Shown piece after piece: positions 40,705-54,545 of a DNA stretch of 64,000 nucleotides (the first letter of the stretch is position 1; the number at the start of each line of letters is the position of its first letter). Origin of the DNA: Tubiluchus corallicola (lineage: Eukaryota; Animalia; Priapulida); assembly GCA_030141605.1 (NCBI GenBank), contig JAQGDQ010000187.1:248001-312000 (forward strand). Direction: 5' to 3'. The notes beneath the pieces were generated by a model. The model made no database searches. It was not told the DNA's origin and worked only from the letters and a program-made list of their open reading frames with translations. A program made the position numbers and the translations under genes.

Positions 40705-40890
40705 CTTTGATGTGGAAAATGGTGCATCTCCGGGACGTAGTCCACTGGATGGCTCTAGTCCAGGTTCTGGTTTGGTGTTGGCAAACTTCCCGCCATCAAG
40801 AAGAGAGTCCTTCCTTTATCGCTCAGACAGCGACTTCGAGTTGTCCCCAAAATCCATGTCGAGGAACTCTTCTCTCACCAGCGATACACA
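40705..40890 (+). CDS. PDE4: PDE4 common exon, N-terminal part of UCR1 with PKA site: [61 protein letters not shown](Q)
   Basis: Acceptor ttttttcag ends at 40704 and donor GTAAGT starts at 40891; 186 nt, phase 2-2. [12 protein letters not shown][13 protein letters not shown] is the PDE4 UCR1 hallmark. Confidence 0.97.
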
Positions 40891-40920
40891 GTAAGTACCA
40901 ATCTTATTTGGTTTCTGTTT

Positions 40921-40990
40921 TTTGTTTGTTTGTTTGTTTGTTTGTTTGTTTGTTTGTTTGCGTGCATGTCTGTATATTTGTTTGTTTGTT
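40921..40990. repeat. (TTTG)n tract just downstream of the UCR1 exon donor
   Basis: Directly visible. Confidence 0.9.
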
Positions 40991-43900
40991 TTTAATTGTT
41001 GCTTAATCAGACTGTAGTTAAAATGTAATTTATTAATTACGATGTTTATAGTCTATTGAGGAAAAACGCGAAATTCTGCGATTGTTAAAGTGAGAGTTAT
41101 CACGAATACAGTAACTGGGAAACCGTTGTGTGACTGCTGACCTTATATACATAGTCTGTATAACAAGATGAAGCCATCAAAAGAATAACTCTTGGCAAAT
41201 TTACAAACTTCAGTTACTAAGATTTAAATTTCTATCAATTAAATTTCTTGCACGAGAGAACTTTGTATGTCATTAGGAAACTGCAAACGAGGATTGGGCA
41301 TTGACCGTGAAACACAATCGATGCACCGACTCATTCTGTTCTAAATGGCTTCATTTTAAACTGCTCGCTTACTATATTGACCATGATTGTTTGTTTGATT
41401 ATTGGTGAACATGTTCGTTTACTTAATATTTCTCCTAGTTTGTACTTATTGATGCGTTGAGCTCGCAAATGGTCGTAGTCTAAAGAGCAGTACTCGCCAA
41501 TAGATGGCAGCAGCAGCTTTTAAAAAGTTACTGAAGCCAGTGGCTCAGACGTTGTACTGTATATAAGTCTCTGACTGAATACAGTACTACTTCTACCCAC
41601 TTTCTGTAGCTGTCCCTTAAAATAATAAGCTTCACCCGTTGAGCCAGCAAGCCCACGTGCTTAGAGAAATGGATCATATACAAAGTCACAAGTGATTCTG
41701 TAGTTGTTAGACAAATACATGTAAAGTTAACTCATGTAACTGAATTGCAGATTTAATGGCTTATATTTTCTGTATGCTTGCTAATAATTGATAATTAAAT
41801 CTTAGGCTCTCGTAAACTTATATGCGCTCATCTTGAAATCGAAAAGTTGCTTAACGTGTTTGTGGGAGAGTACGTAGGCCACTGGCGCCGTGGTGGGGGC
41901 CTGGGGTGAGGTGAGGTAAATTTGTAAAGATAACTAATAAGCGAATCACGCATTTACATATCCTCGGTAATTGAATTTCATCTCGTGAGGTTAGTGTAGC
42001 TTCACCTGACTCAGATCTAAACTTTTCTCGATTTTTATTTAATGATTTTATGTTTTCCTCGAAGGCTGAACCCCGCCTGCCTTTCTATCATCAAAACATC
42101 GAAGTATTTTCTGTGTTTAAGCCCAGCTTTCAAGTTTGTGAGATTATTTGTTTAAGGCACAGTTTCGTTGTTTATGAAAGTAGAGCAATAAATAGTGTAA
42201 AATTAGTCAGCGCAATGACATGTAAGTATTTTAGTGTTATTTTAAGCAAGTTTTCTGCGTTTCTTAACGCTAACTTTATAACGTTCAATATCCCTAATCG
42301 GCCTGTTGTTCTAAATACGATCTTCCGCATCATACTTGCACATCTTGTCCAGACAGCAGTTAAAGAGCAACTAATTTCTCATGAACACGTGGAGTTTGTG
42401 TATAATTTATACTAGTGCTATCAAGAAGCCAGAGCTTTATTACTTGCAAAATAATGGCGGCTTTGTCCATTCAAATTTGCTTGATGTTATGACACGAATT
42501 TTCTAAATTTTTTCCTTTCTACTTGATATTGGGAACAGGAAAGGGCAAATCGAGGGTGAGGATACTTCATTAATTTTCTTTCAATACTTGAAATTAATTA
42601 ACATCAATAAATAATCAGTTCGTGTTTGGAAATTTGAATGAGAAAAACAAGAAATAGGAAGGGAAAGCGGGTAACGGTAGGGCGGGAGAGGAGTTTCAAT
42701 TTAATAATCTTTGAAAAGAAGCTGAAAGTTAATTAATACAAATCGTAAGTTCTTAAGTATGTTCATACAGCTTTACATCGTTCACTGCATTATACTTTGG
42801 CAGTGTAAATAACTAAAACTCAAGAAAGGATTAACCAGTTATTGGGGAAAGGGATTGAAGTTTGCGGTCTTTGATAATTGCGTCACTTGGCTCGCCCGAA
42901 AACAGCGTTTGTGTCGCGATAGAACTAAGAGTAGAATAGCATAACAGATCAACTGCCCAACTGTCCCGAATTACTTTAATAGTGACGCAAAAGGGTTTGT
43001 TTGCTTAGACAGCACATTTTGTAAATATTAATTAGTTTATAACATGGGCGGTATATTTTTTCTAACTGTTTTCCTAATAGCGAAGCGGATATTCAGAATT
43101 GTTTCAACCACTTAGCCTGCGTTTTACTAAAAATCGCAATTATCGTTTCAGGTCATAAAAAGTGTAACACTCATTTTTTGGTTTCTTGAAATGACTAGAA
43201 TTTGGCGACGAATATCCAGTTGCACACTTGCCATATATGGACGTAATTCTAGGCCTAGGAGAATGTTATATTGTGGTCAACATTCTCTTCCTCAATAACC
43301 GAATAATAATAATTATGGAAAGTGCATAGCGCAATATCTATGACGTGCTTCTATGGTCAATGATCGTATTTTCCCTTGACAATCCATTACGATTGAAGTT
43401 ATATTTGCAGGCTGCTGGTTTTATGTGATCTAAGCCTCTGGGGAACACTCTCCTTTATCAACTCATGCGCGTTGCCCTAGGTGGAGACTACGTACTGGCT
43501 ACTAGCACTGTTAAATTAGCGTTGATGTAGTTGAGCAATCATTCAGCACTGTGTGCGCGATGTCGCGCAAAATTTGCACAATGTGGCGATGTTTTTCTGG
43601 TGCAAGGTTACAAATTATACAGCTAGCGTATGAGAATTGCTGCCTCCTTTAACGGCTTCATTCATATTCGTTAGCCAACAAGCGGAAAGGCAGTTGTACT
43701 TCAGAAGGGTGAAGTTTTGCAACGGTTTCTCTGAATTCATGAATTGTTAAGTGCCTCACATTCGTTTTCAGTGCGGCGTAATGACGTGATTTCGTGTCAT
43801 TTTCAGATGAAATGATCTTTCGTCGTTTAATTAATTCGTCTTGCTTCGTTATGGAGCTGTTCATTGCACGAAGTTTTGTCTGACGGCACCTTTGAAAATA

Positions 43901-44642
43901 ATTGCACAGAATTAGACGACGAAAAATCAGTGACATATATTGGCAGATGTGAGATGTGTAATGTGTACGTTTTTTCAAATACCACGTTCTTCCTGTTGGA
44001 GCTCAGACAAGTTTAGTCGTTTGCAATTTTGCGTAGTCTGAAAGTTCTTAGACGGTAGTTACTAAATCAAGCATAAATTATGTTTTGTACATTGATTTAT
44101 TTTGTTCTGGGCCAATTCTTGTGAATGACACATCCATTTCTACGATTCACGTTTTACGGTTTCAGTGTGGATACGTAGTGATTTGTTTGCTGCTTATAGA
44201 GCAAGCATTGTTACGATCCCGACCTTCCCCACCCCACCTTTCTGAATTTTTCTCAAATCCCCAACCCCGTTCCTGAACATTCAGTCCCGTCCCGAATCCA
44301 ATTTCCGAATCTCTGCTCCTATCCCAACTCAGAAGTTTAAAAGTTTACTTATTTGAAAAAAACAGCGTTTGCTTCAGGTTTTTGAGGTTTGCTCAGAAAA
44401 ATGAGTCATTTACCAAGTTATTAATGGCATAAATTTTGTGATATTTTTATTGAAGTTTATTAACTATAGCCGCATCACATGATTGCCAAGATTTCGCAAT
44501 TTTTAAAACAGCTTGTGTATTTAGTTACGTAAACACAATTACCTCTACAGAGAGAGAATGCAGCTAATTTATTATGCTGGGTCGACCGCCACGGTTGATG
44601 TCATTTGCCAATCTTGTAACTAGTATACTGGAATGAAACCGT

Positions 44643-45411
44643 TATGGAACCCCCGAAGGGCCACGTTGAAGAAAATTATTAACTCGTGGCCACGAATTAC
44701 TAGCCCTGGCGCACGAAATACTAATTCCTGGACACGAATTGTTAATCCGTGCGCAGGAAATACGAAATCAGCTAGTGCAGCAGTTGTTTTTTAGATTAAT
44801 GAATGACAACTGCTGCAGATATCCACATCTCATTTACCAGTTTTATGAAAAGCGTGGTTATTATGATTACCAGTTAAATAGGCAGTGAGACTAAACAGGG
44901 TGCACAAAGCTCGTGACTAATTACATTAATATTACTTGCCTATCCCTAGTCCAACGTGGTTTACCCTGTTTTCCTCTGTTACAACTTTGCCCTGCTTCAC
45001 ATTTTGGCTTCTAGCTCTAGCTTAAACAGTTCAAGCTGAGCGCCTGCAAAAGGTTTCTAGCATGCAAATTTCACGATTCTGTATACTATAGCTTGAGTTG
45101 TTCAATGTATGATGCTGTTACCCTCTATGTGGGAGCATTAAGAATCCCAACGGATTCACGGAGCATCTGACATTTTTTAAAAGTCAAAGTACGCATCTAT
45201 CCGGAAGTATGTCAAATCCCTGGGGAAGTTGAATGACAATTGAAAACTGACCGTTGTCCAGTGTGTATGGCCCTTTGGCCAGAGCTATCATTCACTATAT
45301 AAACATGTTCAAGGCATGTACCACATGTTTGTAGTCCGTGCTCACGAAATACTATTTCGTGGCTACAAATTAATAATTTTTCTCGACGTACCCCCCCCCT
45401 GAGCCTCCATA
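44643..45411. mobile_element. About 770-bp MITE-like element with about 60-bp imperfect TIRs, TA-flanked
   Basis: Left end tatgga...aaaattattaactcgtggccacgaa is mirrored by the right end ttcgtggctacaaattaataatttt...tccata. Confidence 0.7.
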
Positions 45412-46549
45412 CGTTTCTGTGTGAGCTAAACTCCGTCAAAGCAGCTAATGCTTCGTACTTAGTATGTATAATTTTTCAACAATTATTGTAACTTCATAGC
45501 AATTGCCGTTAGTCCATTACGTTCACTTTGCAAAGTGAAGTAACTGCAGCCTGCTGTACATGAAACCTTTAGGTGAATAATCATGTTACAATTATCGAAA
45601 TATTAATATATAAAAGAACTAATATTGGGGAGCTAATAGGGGGAGTGAAACAACTTCGTTATAATTTTCTTATCCAGATGAACCTGACCACTCACCCGAA
45701 CCCCGAAAAATCCCAGTCTCAAAACTCAATTAGCGTCCCGAGCCCCAATCTAAAATTATTGATCCCGATCAGAAGTCCGAATAATTTCATCTAAAAGAGT
45801 AGGTTTGGCTAATTCCTATAATTTTATGGTTAATAATCCGCGTAGCGGCTATTATTTAAAATTTTACAATTATGTTAAGAAAGTTTAAGAATTTTTGTTC
45901 CATGTCACTGTCAGAAATATGTGCGTTAAAGCAAGACCGGACCAAATCTTAAACTGCAGGTCAAAACAATCTACTCTTTAAAATATTGAAGGGAAACATA
46001 CCATTTTTCAAAAATGACTTACGTGAAGAATTATTACCATACAAACACAATTTCGCGTTCGCGCCACTAGTTATTCGCTGGTACACACATTTTGCCATTC
46101 GCTAGTTAGAAGGGCACTAGCGCGTGCATTTCGGAAACGCATTGCACAAAGAAACAGGTGCTGTACCTCTCAGTTCAGATGTGTTAGTTTGTGATGAACT
46201 ATACACATTCGACAGCTCATGCGTGAGCACAGCGGTAAATTTGTAATTTGAATTTTTATTTCAAAATTTGCCTAGTTTTAATACAACACACTGAATAACT
46301 TGCAGTAGCGCTGTACTTTAATTTTCGCTTTCGCAAACACGTGCAATATTTTTGCTGTTCAAAATTATGTTAGTTTGTGATGTAACCAATAGTTGGGCTC
46401 GCCCGCCGTTGATTAAGTTTGTAATCTATTATTTAATTATCAGAAACGCTTTTGTAGTATTAATTTTGTTAAAATGTATCCCTTTTATCGGAAATATACC
46501 GAAAATTTATCGGAAATGGTGTAGTATATGAAATGTCTTCCTTTAACTT

Positions 46550-46860
46550 TGTCGGTCTGTTTTTTTACAGTCCGACACGAAATTGGCCATTCAAATAAGA
46601 AATTTGGCGATACTCTAAATGGGCTTATTCCAATAATATCAGCCATATGACATCAATCAATGTTCAACTTCAGAAAGCTTGTCTTCGAGATGACCAATTG
46701 TTCCTTGAATGTTTTAGTGGTTGAACTAATATTCACCGTTTATGCATTGATTTCGGATTTATTTGTTAGATCCATAATAATGTTTTTCTACACAGCATAT
46801 GCCGCGGTCACAAATTGCATCGTGATGAGATTTAAAATTAAAATTTCTAGCTGTGCCTGA
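46550..46860 (-). mobile_element. Possible decayed L2/Crack-like RT C-terminal fragment
   Basis: Minus-strand pieces IGHLEDKLS and SYG..YW follow the order of L2-group post-RT motifs. Heavily degraded. Confidence 0.25.
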
Positions 46861-47568
46861 TTTATTCTCAGTTTAGTTAACGATTATTCATTTTTGACTG
46901 CTGCTGCTTAATGGAATTTGTCTGGAATTTAATAAGAGCAAACCTCCAGACACGTAACACGTTCGCAGAGGGCTACCGACGCACTACTCCATTAGCAATG
47001 ATCGCAGGCGTTCTGCATTAGAAATGATGACGTCGATAATTTCTTCTAGTTTCAAGCTCAGGGCTGTCTTATTTCAAACCCGACGTCTTTTTCTGTGGGT
47101 ACCGCCTTGAAACTGATGTTGGTAACATTGATGCTGCACAATGAAGCCAAAGATCTAACCACTGACACATTCGAATGTGCAGCTGGATGCAGATACAGTA
47201 AACATGGAATGTAAACCAACAGTCATTTCTCGTTGCTACATCAGGGGATATCAGAAAATCTTGATAATAAGAATTGCTATTCAGTTGGTAACGGCACGTT
47301 AAATTCGGCACTGAGATCTAATCTTCATTAGGTGCCATTCGTTAGAATTGTAGTCATACGTGTCAATCGGTCCCTCTTATAAAGAAAAGTTTCATTTCCT
47401 CTGCCAAAAACTCTTGGGGAATGGGTGGAACTTGCTAACTCCTCCGTGACATTCATACTGCGTGCTAAATATTATATTTGTTATTGATAATTTTAGATCA
47501 AATATTTAGTTCAGGCGGTTATTTTAACCACAAGTTGTCATGGCACAGCCTCTGTTAAACATGCGTGC

Positions 47569-47684
<116 letters not shown>

Positions 47685-50600
47685 CTATACGCCTATATGT
47701 TACAGGACTATTGACTTTTCTGAACAGCCCTGTGTGATTGTTTAGGTTAAGTTTGTTAATAATTTGAACTTTTCTTCTCTATGAAAATCTGTTCCCAAAT
47801 CGTGCATTTCTTTCACATGCGAGAAGTTAGAAATTGTTTCTGTTCGTTCACAATTTTGCGTTTGTACTAAAACGCCGCGGTTTGGAACTCTTTTCAACAT
47901 ACGATGTACATGTTGTTCGTCAATAAGGAAGCAGATTAGTTATGGGTTTGTGGTACTCCTATAGTCTCCTATTTTTATGAAAGCTTGCTCAGTGTATGTT
48001 CAATAAACTATTGCCTGGTAATACCCGATAGGATAGAATTCATGTTGGTTTAATGTGTATTAATAACAGCGAGTGGTACAGATGACTGAGGTGAATAGAT
48101 TTTAATCGACTTAAGTAATGTACAGAACAGAACAGCAGGCATATTGCTCATATCACGCATGTACTGCTAACCACCACTTGCTAGCAGTTGCACGGACACC
48201 AATGCCAGGGTATTCCTAGCTTGTCAGCTTTTAACTGCAATAACGTTTCAGTGGTTTTCTAGTTAAAAGCAAAAACAGAATACAATTGTTATTCGCTTCG
48301 AGAACAAGTTTTTTATTATTATTGTCAAAATCGTACTTCTGGTTTAAGTTTAACAGATGATTAGCTTATAGAACATTTATCTTCAGCGTATTTCGTAGTA
48401 CATGCAATACATGAGCGAGCATATGGAGGGTTTATACGAAGCTAGCGCACCTTAAGTCAATTGCTAATTTGAGTATTGGGCCAAAAATATGGTTTGGCGG
48501 CTTCAGAGTCTTTTGGATGAATTAAAGCCACGTGCGTGAATATTTGGGCAAACAAACAGTGGCATTCACAAGTTTAGGTGGCAGAGGTTTAGATTTTAGA
48601 GTCTGCAGTTAGTACTGGTACATCCGTTGAATTCTAAAAACTGTTGTTTGAAAAAAGGCATATGCATTCATCCTTATTGGTGCAGTAAAAGTATACAAAT
48701 ATCACTGTTAGCTGTGAATCATGGCCTGTAAATAGGATAACTTTGTTTAAGCGCCTTAAGATGACCCCTAAATTACACACTTAATGCGCAGGTACTATTT
48801 TAAAATTACCAACATTATATTACAGCATCGGAAAGTTTTCTAGTTGCCGCGTGGTACTAATCACGATAATTTCCTTTTTTTCATTATTTGACTTTAAAAC
48901 TACAAGCAAGCATCCATGCTCGAACATCGTTAATGCATTTTCAGTAGCTTAAATAGAGCACCATTCTGAGCTAAAGATGTTGAATACTTAAAGGCCAGAA
49001 TAGAGTTGATGGTCATCAGCAACACCACCAACCATAGGAAGACGTTTTCAATTATGTCATTTAGAGATCTGAGATAGTCACATAAAAATGTGACTGGCTC
49101 TGTGAGGCACCCCCTACTTTAAGCTAATTACGTTTGACAGAATATTGTTGATTAATATGCGCTTCTCTCTATCGGCAAAGTAGGTCTGGAACCAGCACAT
49201 CGCGTTTCCAATAATATTAAACCTCTTTACAAATTCGTAAGCTAAAATAGCAACCGTGTCGAAGTTTGCACTGAGGTCCACTAACATCTGTGTAATGTTT
49301 GTTATTGTTACTCATTATATCAGAATGATTTTTAATTCATAATGACTCAGTGCTTTGATGCGCAAGGTTGCGGTTCAGCCACAATCATAGACATACTAGG
49401 CCATTACTTTCACACCAACCTTTTCGTTTTTAGTCTGGCACCGACTCTGGATCATCTGTCATTAAGTTTTTGTAATGATGTGTATTGTATGTTTTCTTGT
49501 TAGTATTGTCATTGTTCGTGCAATAAACAAAAAGACTTTAAACGGCAACAGGGCATTTCCTTTTTCGTGGAGTAAACGGTCTTGTAAGAATTATAGAACG
49601 TTTTATTTTTCCGTAAAATGTCAAGTTTTACTGGCCAACGAAGCCGTTGGACGCACCAAGAAGAAAAATTATTTTTATTCATTTAACTAATGATAAAATT
49701 ATCTCTAATTGAGCGGGTTAATAATGACGGTTTTTGGTTCGAAAAAAGTACATTGGTGTTCGGAAATGAAAGATGGACGTCATTACGCTATTCGTAATAA
49801 TATTTGTGAGCCGAATTAAGCCGAAATGCGATTTTAACGCTTGCTTTGGCGCTCGCAAATATTCTCCCAACATTGTCATATGCAAGTGAGTGAAAATCTA
49901 TAAAATGTCTTGAAAATAATAAAACTGAAAAAATGCTAGTTGTATGGGTGAGCTACAAGAATGATTTATAATTTATCTTGATACTATGGTAATGGGAGAG
50001 TGGCAGTTTAAGATACTCAGATGCTGATACGCTAACTCTAAATCCGATTTTCAAATCCTGGCTGATTTTCAGCCTTTTCATCAATTCCTTTTTTTCGAAG
50101 ACATTTGATTCAAAATTTTTAATGCTGATTATAATACAAAGATTCTTAAAGTTCGTTTCTCATATCGGTTGACCCTCATAGGATCATAATAATTATAATT
50201 TTTTTGCCGTTAGCGTTATTCAGTAGCGCTACTTAAGTAAATTAATACTCAGTTTTCATAATACAATAAAAATTAAAACAAAAGTATATCGCTAGGTATG
50301 CCTGCATAGTAAAATTGCATTTTATGACGTTTTTTATTTCAGCAGTTTTCTCATTGTAGTCGCGCATTGAAAATATTAATTACTTTCACATAAAAATTAC
50401 CAGCTTTGTGTCATTCTCTATCATTTTCTTGTTACTTGACTATATTCCGGATATATACTAAATCACGAGGCAATTACGAGTCTTGAGAGGGAGCACTTTG
50501 CTACGGGAAGACGTTTCAATTGCTGTTATTATCGCACAATTTCACAGAGTTGTTTTGCTAATTTAACATTTCTTGCAATTGAAGTACATGTGTTACTATG

Positions 50601-51330
50601 ACAACACAGCTAATTATGTGAAAATAAACGTCAGAACGCGGCGAGCGATTGAAGTTTATCAAAATGTTGCAAAAATTCTCTAACTTATCAATGAGCTAAT
50701 GATAATGATAATGATCCTTGATAATGAGCTATGTTCTGGTCTCGCCGCAAACATCAGTATTAAGTTGGCTTCGACGTTAAGAGCTGGATTCCGGTTTCAC
50801 AATGTGCCGATTGTATATGAAATATATTTTTCGATATTTTAGCCAAGTTTTAGGTCAGCCTCCTGTCCAAAAACGTTTTTTAAACATTTCAAGTAACGGC
50901 AGCAAGGTAAAAAGCAAGAAATTTGTAATGATGCCCTTACGCCTTCAGACACTGTCTGACTTATAGCACGAATGGCGTTTCAGCATTAATCAATTCATTC
51001 TTGAACTCAAAACACAGTTCATATTTGTTCTAACTTTATTGATAAAATATGTCGTTAAACCTCAACTGACAGGCTGGCACCTTAAAGCTTAAAACACTGT
51101 CAGGCTGATGGTGATTGCATTACGCTAATTACGCAGATGCTTACCCTGTAAGTTAGAAACTTCACGTTTGGTTGTATGCTTTTTAACTTCATATTTATTT
51201 TTTAAAACGTTTTATGTTAACTAGCATAATTATCCTCTGTTATTATTTCTAAAGCAAGCTATCTATTTTGACTCCTTGGCTCCTCGCAGCTCGCCTTGCT
51301 TGAACTCTTGCATTATATCCTTTACTTCCT

Positions 51331-51580
51331 CGTTTGATTTCTTGCAGCTATAACCTTAGCTTTGGTCGTCTGAGTTCTTGTAGCAGCAATGTAGCTGGAG
51401 CATTTACTTCAGTTGTTTGATTTCCTGAAGCTATAGTATTCGCTTTGGTTATTTGAGTTCCTGCAGCTATAGCATTCGCATTGGTTGTTTGGTTTCTTGC
51501 AGGCTATAGGATTCACTTTGCTCGATTGAGTTCTTGCAGCTATAGCATGACCATTGGTCGTCTGTGCTCCTGCAGCTAGT
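51331..51580. repeat. Degenerate minisatellite (about 36-bp unit, core ttc(c/t)tgcagctatag)
   Basis: The core recurs about seven times, which explains the repetitive ORF 51409..51627. Confidence 0.65.
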
Positions 51581-51766
51581 TCGCTTAGTTCCATATCAAG
51601 TTTTTTTATTAACTTTACAAACAGCAAATGTCTTTGAACATTTTTAATATGGTATACCTATCATTTTGTAGCCTTTAAAATGCTTTTATTTCATAGGCAC
51701 AATTTTTGGTCTTAAATTGCGTTTCAGGGCTTCCGGATAAGTAAATATAGTCTATTCCTGGATATG

Positions 51767-51914
51767 CTGTGTATTCTTTTTGCAGTTTTAAAATACCTTT
51801 CGTTGCAGAAGGTTTTTAAACGTTTTACTTTGCCTCGTCTTTGCAATACAAAGCATTTAAAAACTTTATGCAACGAAAGATATTATAAAACTGCAAACAC
51901 GCTGCAATACACAG
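51767..51914. repeat. About 150-bp imperfect palindrome (hairpin or small MITE)
   Basis: tttgcagttttaaaatacctttcgttgcagaaggtttttaaa pairs with tttaaaaactttatgcaacgaaagatattataaaactgcaaa; outer arms are ctgtgtatt / aatacacag. Confidence 0.8.
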
Positions 51915-52559
51915 TCATACACACTTTTTCATATTCACTGCTCCATTGGCTCAGCAATTGAATCTCGTTATTGCGGTTTCACTGTGCCTTTCACACAAAC
52001 TAAATGTCAAGCCAACTTGCGGCTTGTTAATTATTTTCCATTTCCTTACTCGAATATGACACACCAATATAAAAGTTATAGGTTAAAGGATTGTGATGTT
52101 TAGTGCTGGTCTTCATTTGTATTGCCAGTGAACGTGAGTCTGTCGTGTAAAGCCATCACAAGTAAGCCTTAGTAGGATTAGTATATTTAATTATCCTGGA
52201 ATTCTCTGAGGATTATTAAAAGCTCAGGGAAGCATTTTAGTAATTTTAATAAGCAAGATGAAAACTTTTTACGCAAGTAACAACCGGCTTTGGTGTGAAG
52301 ATCATCTATAAAAGTTATTACTTGTGGTGGCGCTGCTTGTATATGGTTAACACCGCCGCAAATCGGTGAGACTGTGAGTTGACATCACCGATCTCTCCTT
52401 TTTTGACACACTTTTTGTTCTGCCTTGATACACTTTTCAATTACTGATAGTGACAATGTGATTTATTGTTTTCTTAACCGTTTCAAGGTGGACTCAAGTG
52501 AATATTGAAATTTATTTCTGACCAAGCAAGCTAACCGTAGCTCCCTATTAATTTGTGGA

Positions 52560-52567
52560 TGACGTCA
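52560..52567. promoter_or_regulatory. Perfect CRE palindrome about 1.6 kb upstream of alternative first exon C
   Basis: TGACGTCA within the extended palindrome ATGACGTCAT. Confidence 0.4.
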
Positions 52568-54202
52568 TAATAGCCATAAGGTCAGGTGTAAATTATTACT
52601 AGCTTTCAATTATTGCGTTATATTTTTCAAGGTTGTACATTATGGCTGAATTAGTATGCCTAAGTTTACATAAGTAGAGCATATAAAACTGCATTATCTA
52701 ATAAAATAAAAGTATATTATTGTGCACAATAACTTCAGTCTGATTTAGGTCGCGGGAAGAAATGAAAGTTTGTTTCTAATTAGTTACGAAACTGGGTTGC
52801 CTTACCAGACTTTTATGTTGAATACAACGTTTGGCCTAATAACCAACATTGCTGGAATGTTTGGCTTGCATGACTGTGAAAGTGAGATCTCCTTTTATGA
52901 TTGTTCGTGTTCCTGTGAATGCCTAATACCAGATGGCAGGATCTTAGTGGCCTTGGCTTCTTTGCTTCGGACGTATTTAGTAGGATTGTATTTGCTGTGA
53001 CGTATATAGGTTGTTATGGTCTTGCGCAATACTCATCTTTTCTGTAAACGGTTTAATCTACTAAGCTGCCGGCTATTTCGCTTGTCGAGGAATTCGCAAT
53101 TGAACATGTTAAAAACACATCTCAGAGGATTATTCTAGATAATTAGCTAGATTTTGGTCCTGCCACAACAAGCTACAATATGTAGGACCTCCATTTGAAT
53201 GCTGGATGCCCGACAAAACCGACCTTCACAGCGGCTAACTGTTTAAAAGAAGCTGTGCTTTAGACTTTTATGCCTTGTCTTATAACTGAACTTAAATTGA
53301 ATGGACGATTGATCCCGAGTCAGAAGTTAGTCCTCAAAGGGGAAAATTGGTCACGGGTCAATACTGACTGCAAGCAGTCTTTGACAAAATGCCGAGCTCT
53401 TGTTAGAACTGTGACAAATTAGAAAGGATGTGTTGCGCTTCGTTAAGATAAATTTTTACTATTTAGTCACTTCAGATTAACCGTAGTTTTCAAACTCTCA
53501 GTTCGTCAGAATGTCATCTGTGATTACCGATTAGTTAGTTGGCTTGAAGATCCAGCCGTGTAGAAACCTAGCTCTGAGTTGCATTCTTGAACCATGCAGC
53601 TTATAAGTTATCTTGTACAAATAATGTTAAAACCTATGGCTGTGCTCCAGACAAAGTGATGTGCAGTTAAGAACGCTCAATTAACGTAGGTGATGACGTG
53701 TACGCTAAAAGTAAACATAGGTTTGCACGTAGTAACTTACAGCTTAGTAGGCTTAGTTTAAGTAAATTATATTAACGTTTAAAAAGTTTGCTAAATTATT
53801 ATTAAGGTAGACTTGTTTACGTGAGGTGTGTTGTGCTTATATGAATATGCATGCGCCAACTAATTATACTTTATGCTGATTTCTTTAATTTTGCTCCCAG
53901 TTTTACAAGTTTTTCTTTCTGCAATTTTAATTTTATGTTCTTTAGCACGTACACTTTAGAAATCACAGTATTATCAAAATATATTGCCTGTTGGATTTCG
54001 TAGTGCAGTTGCTTGTTTAGCAAATGCGTTAATCTGCTGATTCCATAAGTGATTGAACAATAGCGGTACAAAAAAACAAAGAAAGATTTTAGGACCGTTA
54101 GTGCTTGTGTTGCCTAGGGTTACACTTTTGTGTATATTAAAGATAAGTCAAACTGCGTACTTCATTTGTGAAAAGACTGGAACTCAGCCTGTGCAGACTG
54201 CT

Positions 54203-54435
54203 ATGCCCAGTTTTATTTCGCATACTGAGGATTGTGTGGTACCTGCGGTACTGGGGTACATCTTAGCAATGATCTCTGATTGTCCAGCTCCGCAGAAAAC
54301 GAGCGCCCTCTTAGACGCATTAGTCGAAGAGCACGTGACCAAAATGGACAATGATGACGTGTCTCTTCCTCGGAATTTTAGCACCTCCATGCTTCGAATT
54401 CCTAAACAGAGATTCTCTTTCTGGAAGCGCTTAAG
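54203..54435 (+). CDS. PDE4: PDE4 putative alternative first coding exon C (isoform with truncated UCR1): MPSFISHTEDCVVPAVLGYILAMISDCPAPQKTSALLDALVEEHVTKMDNDDVSLPRNFSTSMLRIPKQRFSFWKRL(R)
   Basis: Lies in the longest track ORF (54053..54439); first ATG at 54203. Strong donor AAG|GTAGGT at 54436 in phase 2, in frame with the acceptor at 58238, giving ...[17 protein letters not shown]. Confidence 0.72.
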
Positions 54436-54510
54436 GTAGGTTCCTATTGGTACCTTAAGAAATTTCAACCAATATGTCTCATATATCCGAATCTCGTATT
54501 TGAAGAGAAT

Positions 54511-54512
<2 letters not shown>

Positions 54513-54543
<31 letters not shown>
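54513..54543. repeat. (TA)n microsatellite
   Basis: Directly visible. Confidence 0.95.

Positions 54544-54545
<2 letters not shown>

Noticed and set aside
42050-43978. ORFs of 121 aa (+) and 106 aa (-) as nested genes
   Set aside because: No recognisable domain, intron-like AT-rich composition and no convincing splice sites; the lengths are within chance expectation.
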